Origin: an uncultured Candidatus Saccharibacteria bacterium
GTDB taxonomy: Bacteria > Patescibacteriota > Minisyncoccia > Portnoybacterales > UBA2143
Assembly (NCBI GenBank): GCA_964413015.1
Contig: CAYPQZ010000006.1
Coordinates: 74,415-138,414, forward strand
Direction: 5' to 3'
Length of the DNA stretch: 64,000 nucleotides
A program made the position numbers and the translations under genes. Shown here piece by piece: positions 31,594 to 39,935 of the stretch (position 1 is its first letter; each line of letters starts with the position of its first letter). The notes below the pieces were generated by a model that saw nothing but the letters and a program-made list of their open reading frames with translations, ran no database searches and was not told the DNA's origin.

Positions 31594-31702
31594 AGAATAG
31601 TCAACAAAAAAAGCAATAAAAGCAAACAAGAAATCTGTTTATCATCTATTACTTTCTGTTTCTCTTTTATTTTATCTTAATAAAAATTATTTAAACCGTC
31701 AA

Positions 31703-31860
31703 CCCAGTAGAAGAATTTTGAAACAAATTTTAACAAAGTTAAAATTTAAATTAAAAATATTCAAAATTTCTCTACTGGGTCAACCCAGAAGAAGAATTTT
31801 GAAATAAATTTTAACAAAGTTAAAATTTAAATTAAAAATATTCAAAATTTCTCTACTGGG
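31703..31860 (-). mobile_element. Family B MITE-like element, tandem pair of 77-bp copies (81-bp period)
   Basis: TCAA|CCCAGTAGAAGAATTTTGAA...TTCAAAATTTCTCTACTGGG|TCAA|second copy|TCAA. Confidence 0.8.
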
Positions 31861-32803
31861 TCAACCCAGAATCTTTTTCATGGGCCAATTCATCTAATCC
31901 TAACATCTCCATCTTCTGATTATATCTTTCTAAAGTTTCTTTTTCCGGCGAATCTGGATGGAACTCCAATTGCTGGTCATTAAAAATTACCCGTCCGCCA
32001 GCCCGATAAGTCAGCGGATCTTTCCTTATCCGTTGTGCCTGAAACTTCCTTAAAAGAAATTCTACTCCATCTCCTATTTTATTGTCAAGTATAAACTCTC
32101 TGGATTTTCTAAAAAAGGAAAAAAGAAAATGACTTTTGATTGTTTTTAAAAATCCTTTTTGGCCAATTGGATAAAAAGCCAAATAATCTTTAATCCATTG
32201 ATTAGCCCGTTGAAATTTTTTATCTAAATCTGGCTCGGCCTGCCAAACCGGAATTAAATGAGCATAAGTTTGAGCATTATACAGGCTGAAAAGAGGAATC
32301 CCTAAGGATTGGGTGGTGATATAGTGATTTAGGCAGAATCGATTTTCGGTCAGTTGGCCGTGCCTCCGCCGGCCGAGCAAATGGATAAACAAAGTTGTCA
32401 AAGCCCGGCAGGTCCAAATGCGACCGGCGCGGGTAACGATTAACAAATCTATGTCCGATTCTTTCCTTGGATTATTCATAGCCAAAGAGCCGCTTAACAT
32501 GACCAAACGGATAAAAGGAATATTTTGAATCAGCTTTATTGTCCAGCGCGCTTTTTTCCAGCGCTGGTCAGCCAGTTTCTGTCTTTCAATTCTTTGATCA
32601 GCTAAGCGGCTCTGGCCTTTTAAAAAATAGAAGCCGTTTTTTTGCTCTATTCCAGGATGATTTTCTAAAGCATCCAAGATTCTCTTTAATTTTATCGGCT
32701 GACATCTGGTTAGATATCTAAAAACCTCCCAGCCAGTCAAAGGCCGTTCCAAAACATCATAATAAGCCAAAGTAGCTAAAATTGATTTTTCCAAGTCAGC
32801 CAT
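31853..32803 (-). CDS. Nucleotidyltransferase-domain protein (Pol-beta-like) with N-terminal HTH-like region
   Basis: GSLAMNN....SDIDLLIV motif. Confidence 0.75.
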   Translation of the reverse strand: MADLEKSILATLAYYDVLERPLTGWEVFRYLTRCQPIKLKRILDALENHPGIEQKNGFYFLKGQSRLADQRIERQKLADQRWKKARWTIKLIQNIPFIRLVMLSGSLAMNNPRKESDIDLLIVTRAGRIWTCRALTTLFIHLLGRRRHGQLTENRFCLNHYITTQSLGIPLFSLYNAQTYAHLIPVWQAEPDLDKKFQRANQWIKDYLAFYPIGQKGFLKTIKSHFLFSFFRKSREFILDNKIGDGVEFLLRKFQAQRIRKDPLTYRAGGRVIFNDQQLEFHPDSPEKETLERYNQKMEMLGLDELAHEKDSGLTQ

Positions 32804-32808
32804 ATTAT

Positions 32809-32900
32809 AAAAATTTAAGAATTGTTATTAAAGCCATTAAAGGACAGTCCTTAAAATGATGTTCCTTAAGCACAAAGACGTCATTTTAAAGACTGTTCTT
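32809..32900 (+). repeat. Family A element (left terminus plus hairpin)
   Basis: AAAAATTTAAGAATTGTTATTAAAGCCATTAAAGGACAGTCCTTAAAATGATG...TCATTTTAAAGACTGTTCTT. Confidence 0.9.
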
Positions 32901-32980
32901 CAATCAATTATACTCCATTCCCTCCAAATAAAAAAGGACGCTGGTCCTTTTGATTCAGAACTAACGCCCTATTACTTTTT

Positions 32981-33208
32981 TTAATCAGTTTTAACGATAT
33001 TTTCGATATTGTCTACTGTCCAAATTTCAAGCCTTTCTCGATTTTTCCCTCCAGAATATTCTCCAGGTAAAATTACGATCAATTCTACAGTATCGCTTGC
33101 TGCAGAAACCCGGCCGATTACTGCCAAAAATCCATCCTGCGTTTTATCTTTAGGATGGACAAACTTCGTTTCGCCTAATGACTTTTCAAGTTTCTTTCTA
33201 ATATCCAT
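32981..33208 (-). CDS. Small hypothetical protein
   Basis: 75 aa from ATG 33208 preceded by an AGGAGG Shine-Dalgarno. Confidence 0.55.
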   Translation of the reverse strand: MDIRKKLEKSLGETKFVHPKDKTQDGFLAVIGRVSAASDTVELIVILPGEYSGGKNRERLEIWTVDNIENIVKTD

Positions 33209-33239
33209 GCGTACCCTCCTCATCCTTAATATTTAAAAT

Positions 33240-33497
33240 TTAAAGTTCTGTTCTTAACCCCAGAGCAATGGCTTTGGCGATTCGGGTGCTGACCATTGAT
33301 TCTTTGCTGGGAATTACTTTTATGCCTTTCAAGTCAGTCAATTTAATTTTACCCTTTTTAAAGAATTTGTCAATCTCTGGAATCAAAGTTTCGCTTAATT
33401 GATAAAGGCCGGACCATTGGTGGCTGGCTATCTTTTTATTGCCCTGTTTTAGAATCAAACAAGGCTGTCTTTTTGATAAGTTAATAGTTAGGATCAT
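33240..33497 (-). CDS. Miniature TsaB-like protein (N-terminal half only)
   Basis: LSETLIPEIDKF...DLKGIKV...STRIAKAIALGL resembles the TsaB/YeaZ N-terminal domain. Confidence 0.6.
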   Translation of the reverse strand: MILTINLSKRQPCLILKQGNKKIASHQWSGLYQLSETLIPEIDKFFKKGKIKLTDLKGIKVIPSKESMVSTRIAKAIALGLRTEL

Positions 33498-33513
33498 TTT
33501 AACAAATACGGTT

Positions 33514-33603
33514 CTTAAATTTTGATAAGGATAAGCAGATAAGGACAGTCTTTAAAATGATATCCCTTGAGCACAAGGGCGTCATTTTAAAGACTGTCCT
33601 TTA
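33514..33603. repeat. Family A element overlapping the 3' end of the DUF167 gene
   Basis: GATAAGGACAGTCTTTAAAATGATATCCCTTGAGCACAAGGGCGTCATTTTAAAGACTGTCCTT. Confidence 0.92.
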
Positions 33604-33821
33604 ACCATTGCCTCAAAAACTTTATTTCTCTGTTTGAATCCTTTTACTAACTTAATATTTCCAACAGGGATTTTGAAATATTCAGCCAAAACCTTTGCAA
33701 CCGCCCGGTTGGCCTGTCCTTGGATCGGCCTTTCCTTGACCCAAACCTCAAAACTGTTTTCGCCTTTTTTTATTATTTGCTCCTGACCTGCTTGAGGGAA
33801 AACTTTTACTTTTATCAGCAT
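33582..33821 (-). CDS. DUF167 (YggU-like) protein
   Basis: IKVKVFP.A, V.VKERPIQGQAN, LAEYF, I.LVKG...RNK; start reset to 33821. Confidence 0.9.
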   Translation of the reverse strand: MLIKVKVFPQAGQEQIIKKGENSFEVWVKERPIQGQANRAVAKVLAEYFKIPVGNIKLVKGFKQRNKVFEAMVKGQSLK

Positions 33822-33886
33822 AGTGTTTTCGTGCCTTAAAATTAGACGGCGTTCGGTAACTAGGCCGTCCCTTGCGTCCGCCAATT

Positions 33887-35077
33887 TTAGCGTAATTCTT
33901 CATTTGCCTTCTCTAAGAAATAGCTCCTTTTTTTGAAAAAATATTTAGCCCGTTTTATAATCGTTTGTTCAACTTCAGGATGAGTCAAATGCCCATTATC
34001 AATAAAAAACTGGGAAACTCGGCCGAAATAAAGGCATCCTAAAGCATCAATCAAAAGAGATTTCTTATTAAATTCTGGATAAGCGTAAATAAAATCATAG
34101 ACGATTTCAGTCCAGAGCTTTAAGCCAATTTCATTTTTTTTGACCCGACGGATTTTTCTTAATCTTTTAATCACTGGCTGGCTGGCGACCTGTTTAATTA
34201 TCGGCCAGAAACGGTCCAAATTGCTCCAGAAGATTTTTCTGTATGATTCGTTATTAAGTGAAGCGCTGGACAGAACTGGCAACTGAGCATCTCCTTTTAT
34301 CTCAACATTATTAATTTTAGCGCCTTCTTTAATTCGGTCAACATTTTTAGAAAGCATCTTAAAAAGAGTTCCGGCCACTTGAGAAAACATTGGTCCTAAT
34401 TTAGGATTGGACAAATTATGGATTTTAGAGCCCAAATTAACCTGGCAAACCTTGGAATTACTGAAAAAAGCCGTTAAGCTCATAAAAATATCTATACCGA
34501 ATTGATAAGTAGTTCGGCTCCATTTTTTCTTAAGCCAGATTTCAGACATTTTGGAGGAAAAAGCAAAATCGCCGCCGATGGGCTGACGAATATCCCATCC
34601 TAAAAGTCCATAGATTAAAGGATAAACCAAGTGATTAGTTATGGTTGCGTCAGTTTTATGACGTGAATAATAAGGAGCAATGAAATCATATCCTTCAAAA
34701 ACCGGCTTAGCCATTTTATTAACCCAGTCCGGCCGAATGCTTTTTAAGTCAGCGTCCAATACCAAACCTGTCTTGGCGCCAAGTTTCTCCATCATAAAAA
34801 AAAGGTTATGAAAATTATAACCTTTTCCTTTAATGTTTTTATCGGTACTGATATAAATTCTGGGCGTATTCACTTTAGCTTCAAAAAATGCCTGCTTAGT
34901 CCCATCAGGAGAATTGTTGTCTACATTGATAATAACTCTTTTTTTATCAGGGAAATATTTTTCTAATCCTTGGCTCGCCTGCTCCGCTACAAAACCGATA
35001 GTTTCTGCTTCGTTATATGAGGGGATCCCAACTATTATTTCCGCTTGTTTAATTTTTTTTGGATTGTCGATTATCAT
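33887..35077 (-). CDS. Glucosylglycerate/mannosylglycerate synthase-like glycosyltransferase (GT-A)
   Basis: VGIPSYN, DNNSPDGT, GKG, DADL, RHK.DATITN, RQPIGGDF, FGIDI, KIH, LGPMF.QV. Confidence 0.8.
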   Translation of the reverse strand: MIIDNPKKIKQAEIIVGIPSYNEAETIGFVAEQASQGLEKYFPDKKRVIINVDNNSPDGTKQAFFEAKVNTPRIYISTDKNIKGKGYNFHNLFFMMEKLGAKTGLVLDADLKSIRPDWVNKMAKPVFEGYDFIAPYYSRHKTDATITNHLVYPLIYGLLGWDIRQPIGGDFAFSSKMSEIWLKKKWSRTTYQFGIDIFMSLTAFFSNSKVCQVNLGSKIHNLSNPKLGPMFSQVAGTLFKMLSKNVDRIKEGAKINNVEIKGDAQLPVLSSASLNNESYRKIFWSNLDRFWPIIKQVASQPVIKRLRKIRRVKKNEIGLKLWTEIVYDFIYAYPEFNKKSLLIDALGCLYFGRVSQFFIDNGHLTHPEVEQTIIKRAKYFFKKRSYFLEKANEELR

Positions 35078-35279
35078 TTAGGTTATTCTGAGGTTCTTTG
35101 GGAATAATGATTGCAGCCGTAAGATACGCAATCACTCCAGGGAAAAATCCCGTAAAAACAGTAAGTAAAACTAAAAGCAAACGCAAGATGACTGGATCAA
35201 CGCCAGTGTAATCACCTAATCCGCCCATCACACCTGCTAAAATTTTGTTTTGCTCACTGCGATAAAGTTTTTTATCCAT
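35049..35279 (-). CDS. PspC domain protein
   Basis: KLYRS..NKILAGV.GGLGDY.GVDP..LR. Confidence 0.92.
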   Translation of the reverse strand: MDKKLYRSEQNKILAGVMGGLGDYTGVDPVILRLLLVLLTVFTGFFPGVIAYLTAAIIIPKEPQNNLNDNRQSKKN

Positions 35280-35296
35280 AATGGTTAATTAAGTAA

Positions 35297-35377
35297 TCAT
35301 CCTTAAACCGATATAGAACAGTCCTTAAATTTCCTTAAGGACTATTCTTATTTGTTTATGGCAATCCTTAAATTTTT
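35297..35377. repeat. Family A element (degenerate)
   Basis: AGAACAGTCCTTAAATTTCCTTAAGGACTATTCTTAT...GGCAATCCTTAAATTTTT. Confidence 0.8.
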
Positions 35378-35385
35378 CAAAGATT

Positions 35386-35715
35386 TTATTTATGAAATCC
35401 TTCTGTATTTATTTCTGCCCAACTGTCTTCGGCTTCGCTCCATTTATAGGCGTTGAGTTTGTAACTTTTTTCATCCTGGCTGTAAATGTATTCTACTTTT
35501 GTTTCAGAACCAATTCTTCCCGAATAAATGGTTTTTTTGTCTAAGACAACTGGCCGGGTAATAAATTCAAGTTTGGTCTTGCCTAAGGGCCCTTTAAATA
35601 CAATGGTTTCCGTGTCCGTTCCACCCTGCTCGTCAGAATGTTCTTTTTGATGTTCTCTCACTTCAAAATTATCCTTAATATCGCCTACTAAATTTTCCCA
35701 TTTTTCCGGTAGCAT
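35386..35715 (-). CDS. Hypothetical protein
   Basis: 109-aa ORF tightly packed in the - strand run. Confidence 0.75.
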   Translation of the reverse strand: MLPEKWENLVGDIKDNFEVREHQKEHSDEQGGTDTETIVFKGPLGKTKLEFITRPVVLDKKTIYSGRIGSETKVEYIYSQDEKSYKLNAYKWSEAEDSWAEINTEGFHK

Positions 35716-35725
35716 AAATCTATAA

Positions 35726-36493
35726 TTAATATTTGGAATCCGAATTTAAGACTGAACTACGTTCTTTAGAATAATTACAATAATCGCAATCCGGATTAGG
35801 AGCAGGAATTTTACTGCTCATTAAACACTCGTGCGCCTTAATAATCGTATCTTCTACCCAGGAATCATTTCCCTGATAAGGTAATATTTCAACATCAAAT
35901 TCTAGTTTTCCATCAAAGGCCCCTTTGTCTGTTTTGCCATTCGCGTAGACAAAATAGCCAGTATTGGAAACTTTAAAGTTGTTTTTACGAAAAAGCCATT
36001 GATAAATTTCCATCTGCCTTTTATACCCTTTTTGCCAGTCGGCGTCAATGCTTATCTGGGCGTTTTTAGCCGTTGATTTGTAATCAACGATGATTAACTC
36101 CTTGTTCGGATTAATCCAAATATCATCAATCGCTCCAAAAATAAGCAGATTGGTTGGTTCATGTAAAAATTGAATACCGACAAAAGTATTCCGCCAATCA
36201 TTTATTTTTTCGTGTTGAAAAGGAATAGCGTCAATTTTATAATGTTTCATCATCGGATGGGTTTCGCCTTTAGCGCGATGGATATCAAATTCTTTTTTAA
36301 ACAGAGTGTCAACCGCTGAATTAAGCGTATAAGGAAACATTGGCGGTCGGTCAATTCCCAGCCGGCGGTCTAAATAAAAACAGCGCGGACAATTCAAAAA
36401 CAAGTCAATTCTAGAACGGCTTAATTTAAAAATCTCTTTGGAGTTTGGATTAAAAATACCGTAGGCGCGTCTTGGTTTGTAATAGTCAGACAT
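35726..36493 (-). CDS. PD-(D/E)XK nuclease superfamily protein (Cas4/RecB-like, stand-alone)
   Basis: CPRCFY, GAIDD, IVDYKST, QMEIY, CDYC. Confidence 0.85.
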   Translation of the reverse strand: MSDYYKPRRAYGIFNPNSKEIFKLSRSRIDLFLNCPRCFYLDRRLGIDRPPMFPYTLNSAVDTLFKKEFDIHRAKGETHPMMKHYKIDAIPFQHEKINDWRNTFVGIQFLHEPTNLLIFGAIDDIWINPNKELIIVDYKSTAKNAQISIDADWQKGYKRQMEIYQWLFRKNNFKVSNTGYFVYANGKTDKGAFDGKLEFDVEILPYQGNDSWVEDTIIKAHECLMSSKIPAPNPDCDYCNYSKERSSVLNSDSKY

Positions 36494-36495
36494 AA

Positions 36496-37089
36496 TTAAT
36501 TTTCAAAGATTTTATTTAAAAGTTTGTTCCGGCCCTGCTTTGTCTTGGCAGAGTAAGGAAGAACATCTTTACTGTCTGTTTTGTCTTGAATCATCTTCAA
36601 CTGCTTGCTTAATTCTCTGTTTTTAAGCTTGTCAAATTTATTTGCTATTATTATAACCGGATGCTGATTTTTTTTCAATAAATCCAGCATTTCCATATCA
36701 AACTCGGTCGGTCCGACTTTAGCATCAATAATTAGGATTACTTTTTTAAACTTAACTCCTGAACGGAATAAATACCAGATTATCAGTTTTCTGATTTTTT
36801 CTTTTCTTTTAAAATCAACTTTAACAAATCCGTAACCGGGCAAATCAACAAAATACAACTTCTTATTTATTAAAAAGAAGTTTATCTGTTTTGTTTTCCC
36901 CGGCACGGAACCGGTCTTGACTAATTTTTCCCTTTTGACCAGTGAATTTATCACACTTGACTTGCCGACATTAGAACGGCCGACAAAAACAATCTGTGCT
37001 TTAGTATCTTCCAATATTTTATCAGTTCCAATGATTCCTTTAACAAACTCTGCCGATTTAATTTCAGTCTCAGTTTCTCTTTTTCCCAT
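36496..37089 (-). CDS. engB: Ribosome biogenesis GTPase YsxC/EngB
   Basis: GRSNVGKSS, PGKT, DLPGYG, NKFD; start reset to 37089. Confidence 0.95.
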   Translation of the reverse strand: MGKRETETEIKSAEFVKGIIGTDKILEDTKAQIVFVGRSNVGKSSVINSLVKREKLVKTGSVPGKTKQINFFLINKKLYFVDLPGYGFVKVDFKRKEKIRKLIIWYLFRSGVKFKKVILIIDAKVGPTEFDMEMLDLLKKNQHPVIIIANKFDKLKNRELSKQLKMIQDKTDSKDVLPYSAKTKQGRNKLLNKIFEN

Positions 37090-37147
37090 GCTTCTATTAT
37101 AACGACAAGCTCTTATCTTGGCAATCATTTAAAAATATCAATCTGGA

Positions 37148-37310
37148 AATAAAAAACCCCTGCGGTATGCGATTAACAGTCACATTTATATAATTAAATC
37201 CGCAGGGGTTAAGTTATGATGGAGGAGGTTTCGTTAGCGCTAAAATAAGCTCGGAGAAAAGGGTTTGCCTATTTATGGCGGCTAGACGAATCTCCCCCAT
37301 CAGTTAAGTT
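37148..37310 (-). ncRNA. Candidate structured small RNA (two long hairpins)
   Basis: TTGACA (37348-37343) promoter with TATAAA/TAAAAT -10; stem TGATGGGGGAG...CTCCTCCATCA, then AACCCCTGCGG...CCGCAGGGGTT followed by a T run. Confidence 0.4.
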
Positions 37311-37316
37311 GTGTCT

Positions 37317-37487
37317 TTATTTTATAACAAGGCCTTGGGTCTTGTCAAGGATTTTATCACGGCGGCCTGAATTTGAAAATAGACCGCTTCTTGCCAAGGA
37401 TTTCATTAATCTTCCTTTTTTTTGCCTCCTTGCAAGCATTAAAGTGTATCCCCTAAGTTTTCCCTTCGGATGCCCTTTCGATCTCAT
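37317..37487 (-). CDS. Putative 56-aa basic protein (MRSKGHPKGKLRGY...)
   Basis: GGGAGG Shine-Dalgarno and an upstream TTGACA; not in the ORF track. Confidence 0.35.
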   Translation of the reverse strand: MRSKGHPKGKLRGYTLMLARRQKKGRLMKSLARSGLFSNSGRRDKILDKTQGLVIK

Positions 37488-37575
37488 GATATCCTCCCTA
37501 TCTTAAATTAAAAGAATAAAATAAAAATAACATTTATATTTAAGAATGTCAAGGTTCTGCGTTTTGTTTATTAAA

Positions 37576-38400
37576 TTATCTATTCAATCCGATAAAAGGG
37601 CTGGCTTGTCCCCAGTATTCCGGAACCTGTCCGTTCCATTTCTCTATCCAGCGCAATTCAACCACCTGCGCGTTAGCCCGCAAGGCTTGCGCTTCAATCT
37701 GAATGGCCTGCGCTTTGCCCCGGGCTTCGGCAATTCTCTGCTCTGCTTCAATTTTTATTCTTTGCAAGTCTCTATCTGCTTTAAGCTTTAACTGTTCCGC
37801 CTTAACTTTTGCTTCAATAGCTTCATTAAAAGTTGCTGAAAAATCAAAATCAATAATGTTGAATTCGTCAACTACAATAAAATTTTCTAATAATCTTTTT
37901 GCAAGATTTGATTTAATCTGATCTTTAACGGTTTCTCTTTTGGTAATTAACTCTTCAGCAGTAAATTTGGCTGTTTCCGCTTTAACTGATTCCTGAATAG
38001 CAGGAGCAATAATTCTGGCATTATAATTCTTTCCTACTTCCTGCCAAACCTTATTAACTGACTCGGGATCTAAATGATAATTCAGGGCAATTTTTGAAGT
38101 AACTATCTGTAAATCCTTGGAAGAAGCGCTAGCCGGAATTTCGTCTTTTTGAATTTTAACATCCATTTTAACAACTTTTTGGACAAAAGGAATTTTCATA
38201 TAGAGGCCTTCACTAAAAACTTTGTCTTTAACTGCTCCGAATTGAAGCAAAACTCCGCGTTCTCCTGCACCAACAGTTCCAAAAGCGCCTAAAAGAAGTA
38301 TTAAAACGAAAAAACCAATAATTATGCGAGAAAAAAGCTTTTTTCCTTCAACCCCTTTTATATTTTTTATTTTCTCATTTATTTCAACAATTCTGTTCAT
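37576..38400 (-). CDS. Prohibitin/SPFH domain protein
   Basis: N-terminal TM, GERGV..FG, SKDLQ, AIEAKV.AEQ, IEKWNG. Confidence 0.92.
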   Translation of the reverse strand: MNRIVEINEKIKNIKGVEGKKLFSRIIIGFFVLILLLGAFGTVGAGERGVLLQFGAVKDKVFSEGLYMKIPFVQKVVKMDVKIQKDEIPASASSKDLQIVTSKIALNYHLDPESVNKVWQEVGKNYNARIIAPAIQESVKAETAKFTAEELITKRETVKDQIKSNLAKRLLENFIVVDEFNIIDFDFSATFNEAIEAKVKAEQLKLKADRDLQRIKIEAEQRIAEARGKAQAIQIEAQALRANAQVVELRWIEKWNGQVPEYWGQASPFIGLNR

Positions 38401-38414
38401 ATTTATTTCTCTTT

Positions 38415-38984
38415 TTAACTTTTACTTTTATCGACCTTTTGTTTTATTCTACCAATAAAAGCTTTCTTTGGGAACCTCTTTTTAATAAAAAACCTCCAGG
38501 GTAAATTAGCCGACTGGCCGGCATAGTCCACGCCAATTCTTTTGCCTGAAAGTATTTTCGGTTTAAATCCCTTGTCCTCCACCCATAAAGTATCTCTGGT
38601 TAAATCAATCCCGTTGTGTTTTTGCTTAGCAATCTTGAATTCCCGACAAAGTTTTCCTGGCCCGTCGGCCAGCGGATAATCCAGCGCTCTGATAAGAACT
38701 GCCGACGGATAACCTTTATAACCGGTCACTATATTCAAGCAATGGTAAATTCCGTAAATAAGGTAAACGTAAGCGTGGCCGCCCAGTTCAAACATAACCC
38801 TGTTTCTTTCGGTCATGCCCTTAGCCGCATGGCAGGCCAAATCGTCAAATCCTTCATAGGCCTCAGTTTCAATAATCGAAGCCCGGTAAATTTTGCCTTG
38901 ATAGCGATGAACTAAATCCTTGCCAATTAAGTCACGAGCCACCTTTAGGGTTGGCCTTAAATAAAAATCGCGTTTAACTTTCAT
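38415..38984 (-). CDS. mpg: DNA-3-methyladenine glycosylase (MPG/AAG family)
   Basis: IIETEAY, YVYLIYG...CLN, AVLIRA, GPGKL, RIGV, PWRF. Confidence 0.95.
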   Translation of the reverse strand: MKVKRDFYLRPTLKVARDLIGKDLVHRYQGKIYRASIIETEAYEGFDDLACHAAKGMTERNRVMFELGGHAYVYLIYGIYHCLNIVTGYKGYPSAVLIRALDYPLADGPGKLCREFKIAKQKHNGIDLTRDTLWVEDKGFKPKILSGKRIGVDYAGQSANLPWRFFIKKRFPKKAFIGRIKQKVDKSKS

Positions 38985-39065
38985 CACATTATTATAACAG
39001 ATATCAAAAAAATTACTAAAAATTCCTTCTGGTTTTTATCCCCGAAGATATGCTATAATTAAAAC

Positions 39066-39209
39066 ATGAAGGATAATTTGGAACAAATCGAAGAGAAAAT
39101 AAACAAAAAGTCAAAAAAACGGGAAAAAAAGAAAAAGCCCAAAATGAAAGTTTCAGGCAAGAGTGTTTTTAAATTAAGAGATGCGATGAGGAAACCAAAA
39201 AGGAGATAG
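39066..39209 (+). CDS. Small lysine-rich protein (47 aa)
   Basis: MKDNLEQIEEKINKKSKKREKKKKPKMKVSGKSVFKLRDAMRKPKRR; TGCTATAAT 6 nt upstream; not in the ORF track. Confidence 0.6.
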   Translation: MKDNLEQIEEKINKKSKKREKKKKPKMKVSGKSVFKLRDAMRKPKRR

Positions 39210-39225
39210 TTGAAGAACGGCCTTC

Positions 39226-39277
39226 AAAAATTTAAGGACTGTCCTTTAACGGCTTTAATAGCAATCCTTAAATTTTT
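39226..39277. repeat. Family A minimal element (both termini plus core)
   Basis: AAAAATTTAAGGACTGTCCTTTAACGGCTTTAATAGCAATCCTTAAATTTTT. Confidence 0.88.
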
Positions 39278-39318
39278 AATGCTTGACTGGGTTTTAGTTA
39301 TGTGATAACCTTTAAGCA

Positions 39319-39672
39319 ATGATGAAATTTATCGTCCAGATTTTTGTAAATGCCGTGGCTATTTTTTTAGCTAATTATTTAGTCCCCGGCTTTGTTTTTA
39401 AAGGCGATATTTTAACTCTATTTGTCGCCGGACTAATTTTAGGTCTGATTAACGTTATTCTAAGGCCTGTCCTGCGCTTTATTTCAACTCCTTTTATTAT
39501 TTTCAGCTTAGGTCTTTTCTTAATTATCATCAATATAGGACTTCTGTGGTTGCTGGAATATTTAGTTGATGAATTGACTATTACCGGAGCTTGGTCATAT
39601 TTTTGGGGAGTTATGATAATTAGCGTTGTTAATCTGGTCTTCGGCACCGGCCGGAAAAAGAGGAAGGACTAA
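39319..39672 (+). CDS. 4-TM 'phage holin superfamily IV' (YvlD-like) membrane protein
   Basis: GLINVILRPVL..I..P....SLGLF..IIN; chromosomal context. Confidence 0.85.
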   Translation: MMKFIVQIFVNAVAIFLANYLVPGFVFKGDILTLFVAGLILGLINVILRPVLRFISTPFIIFSLGLFLIIINIGLLWLLEYLVDELTITGAWSYFWGVMIISVVNLVFGTGRKKRKD

Positions 39673-39890
39673 TGCAGTATTTTCTAACTATCTTTCAAAT
39701 TTTTATTTCTATAGGCCTGATTGTCGTCATCTTGCTTCAACGACGTGGAGCCGGCGGCTCAGGCATTTTTGGCGCTGGCGGAGAAAGCAGTTATTACACC
39801 AAGAGAGGCTTTGAAAAAATTCTTTTTATTAGCAGCATCGTGCTGGCCGGTTTATTTATTGTAACCGCCTTTTTAAATCTTTTAATTTAA
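39672..39890 (+). CDS. secG: Preprotein translocase subunit SecG
   Basis: ILLQ.RGAG..G.FG and RGFEK.L; two TM segments. Confidence 0.92.
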   Translation: MQYFLTIFQIFISIGLIVVILLQRRGAGGSGIFGAGGESSYYTKRGFEKILFISSIVLAGLFIVTAFLNLLI

Positions 39891-39935
39891 TCTTCTATTC
39901 GTACTCAAATAGACAAATTAATATCCTTTTTTAAG

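Noticed and set aside
31703-31864. Tandem 81-bp repeat as a CRISPR array
   Set aside because: Only two near-identical units with no unique spacers and no cas genes; the termini match the dispersed family B element.
33838-33888. GC-rich imperfect hairpin upstream of the DUF167 gene as an ncRNA or tRNA fragment
   Set aside because: No cloverleaf or known motif, single copy, weak stem.
35726-36493. Cas4-like nuclease as evidence of a CRISPR-Cas or defence locus
   Set aside because: Stand-alone PD-(D/E)XK gene among housekeeping genes; no cas1/cas2 or array in the window.
39319-39672. Holin as a phage lysis gene
   Set aside because: This 4-TM family is commonly chromosomal; no endolysin or phage genes nearby, and it is coupled to secG.
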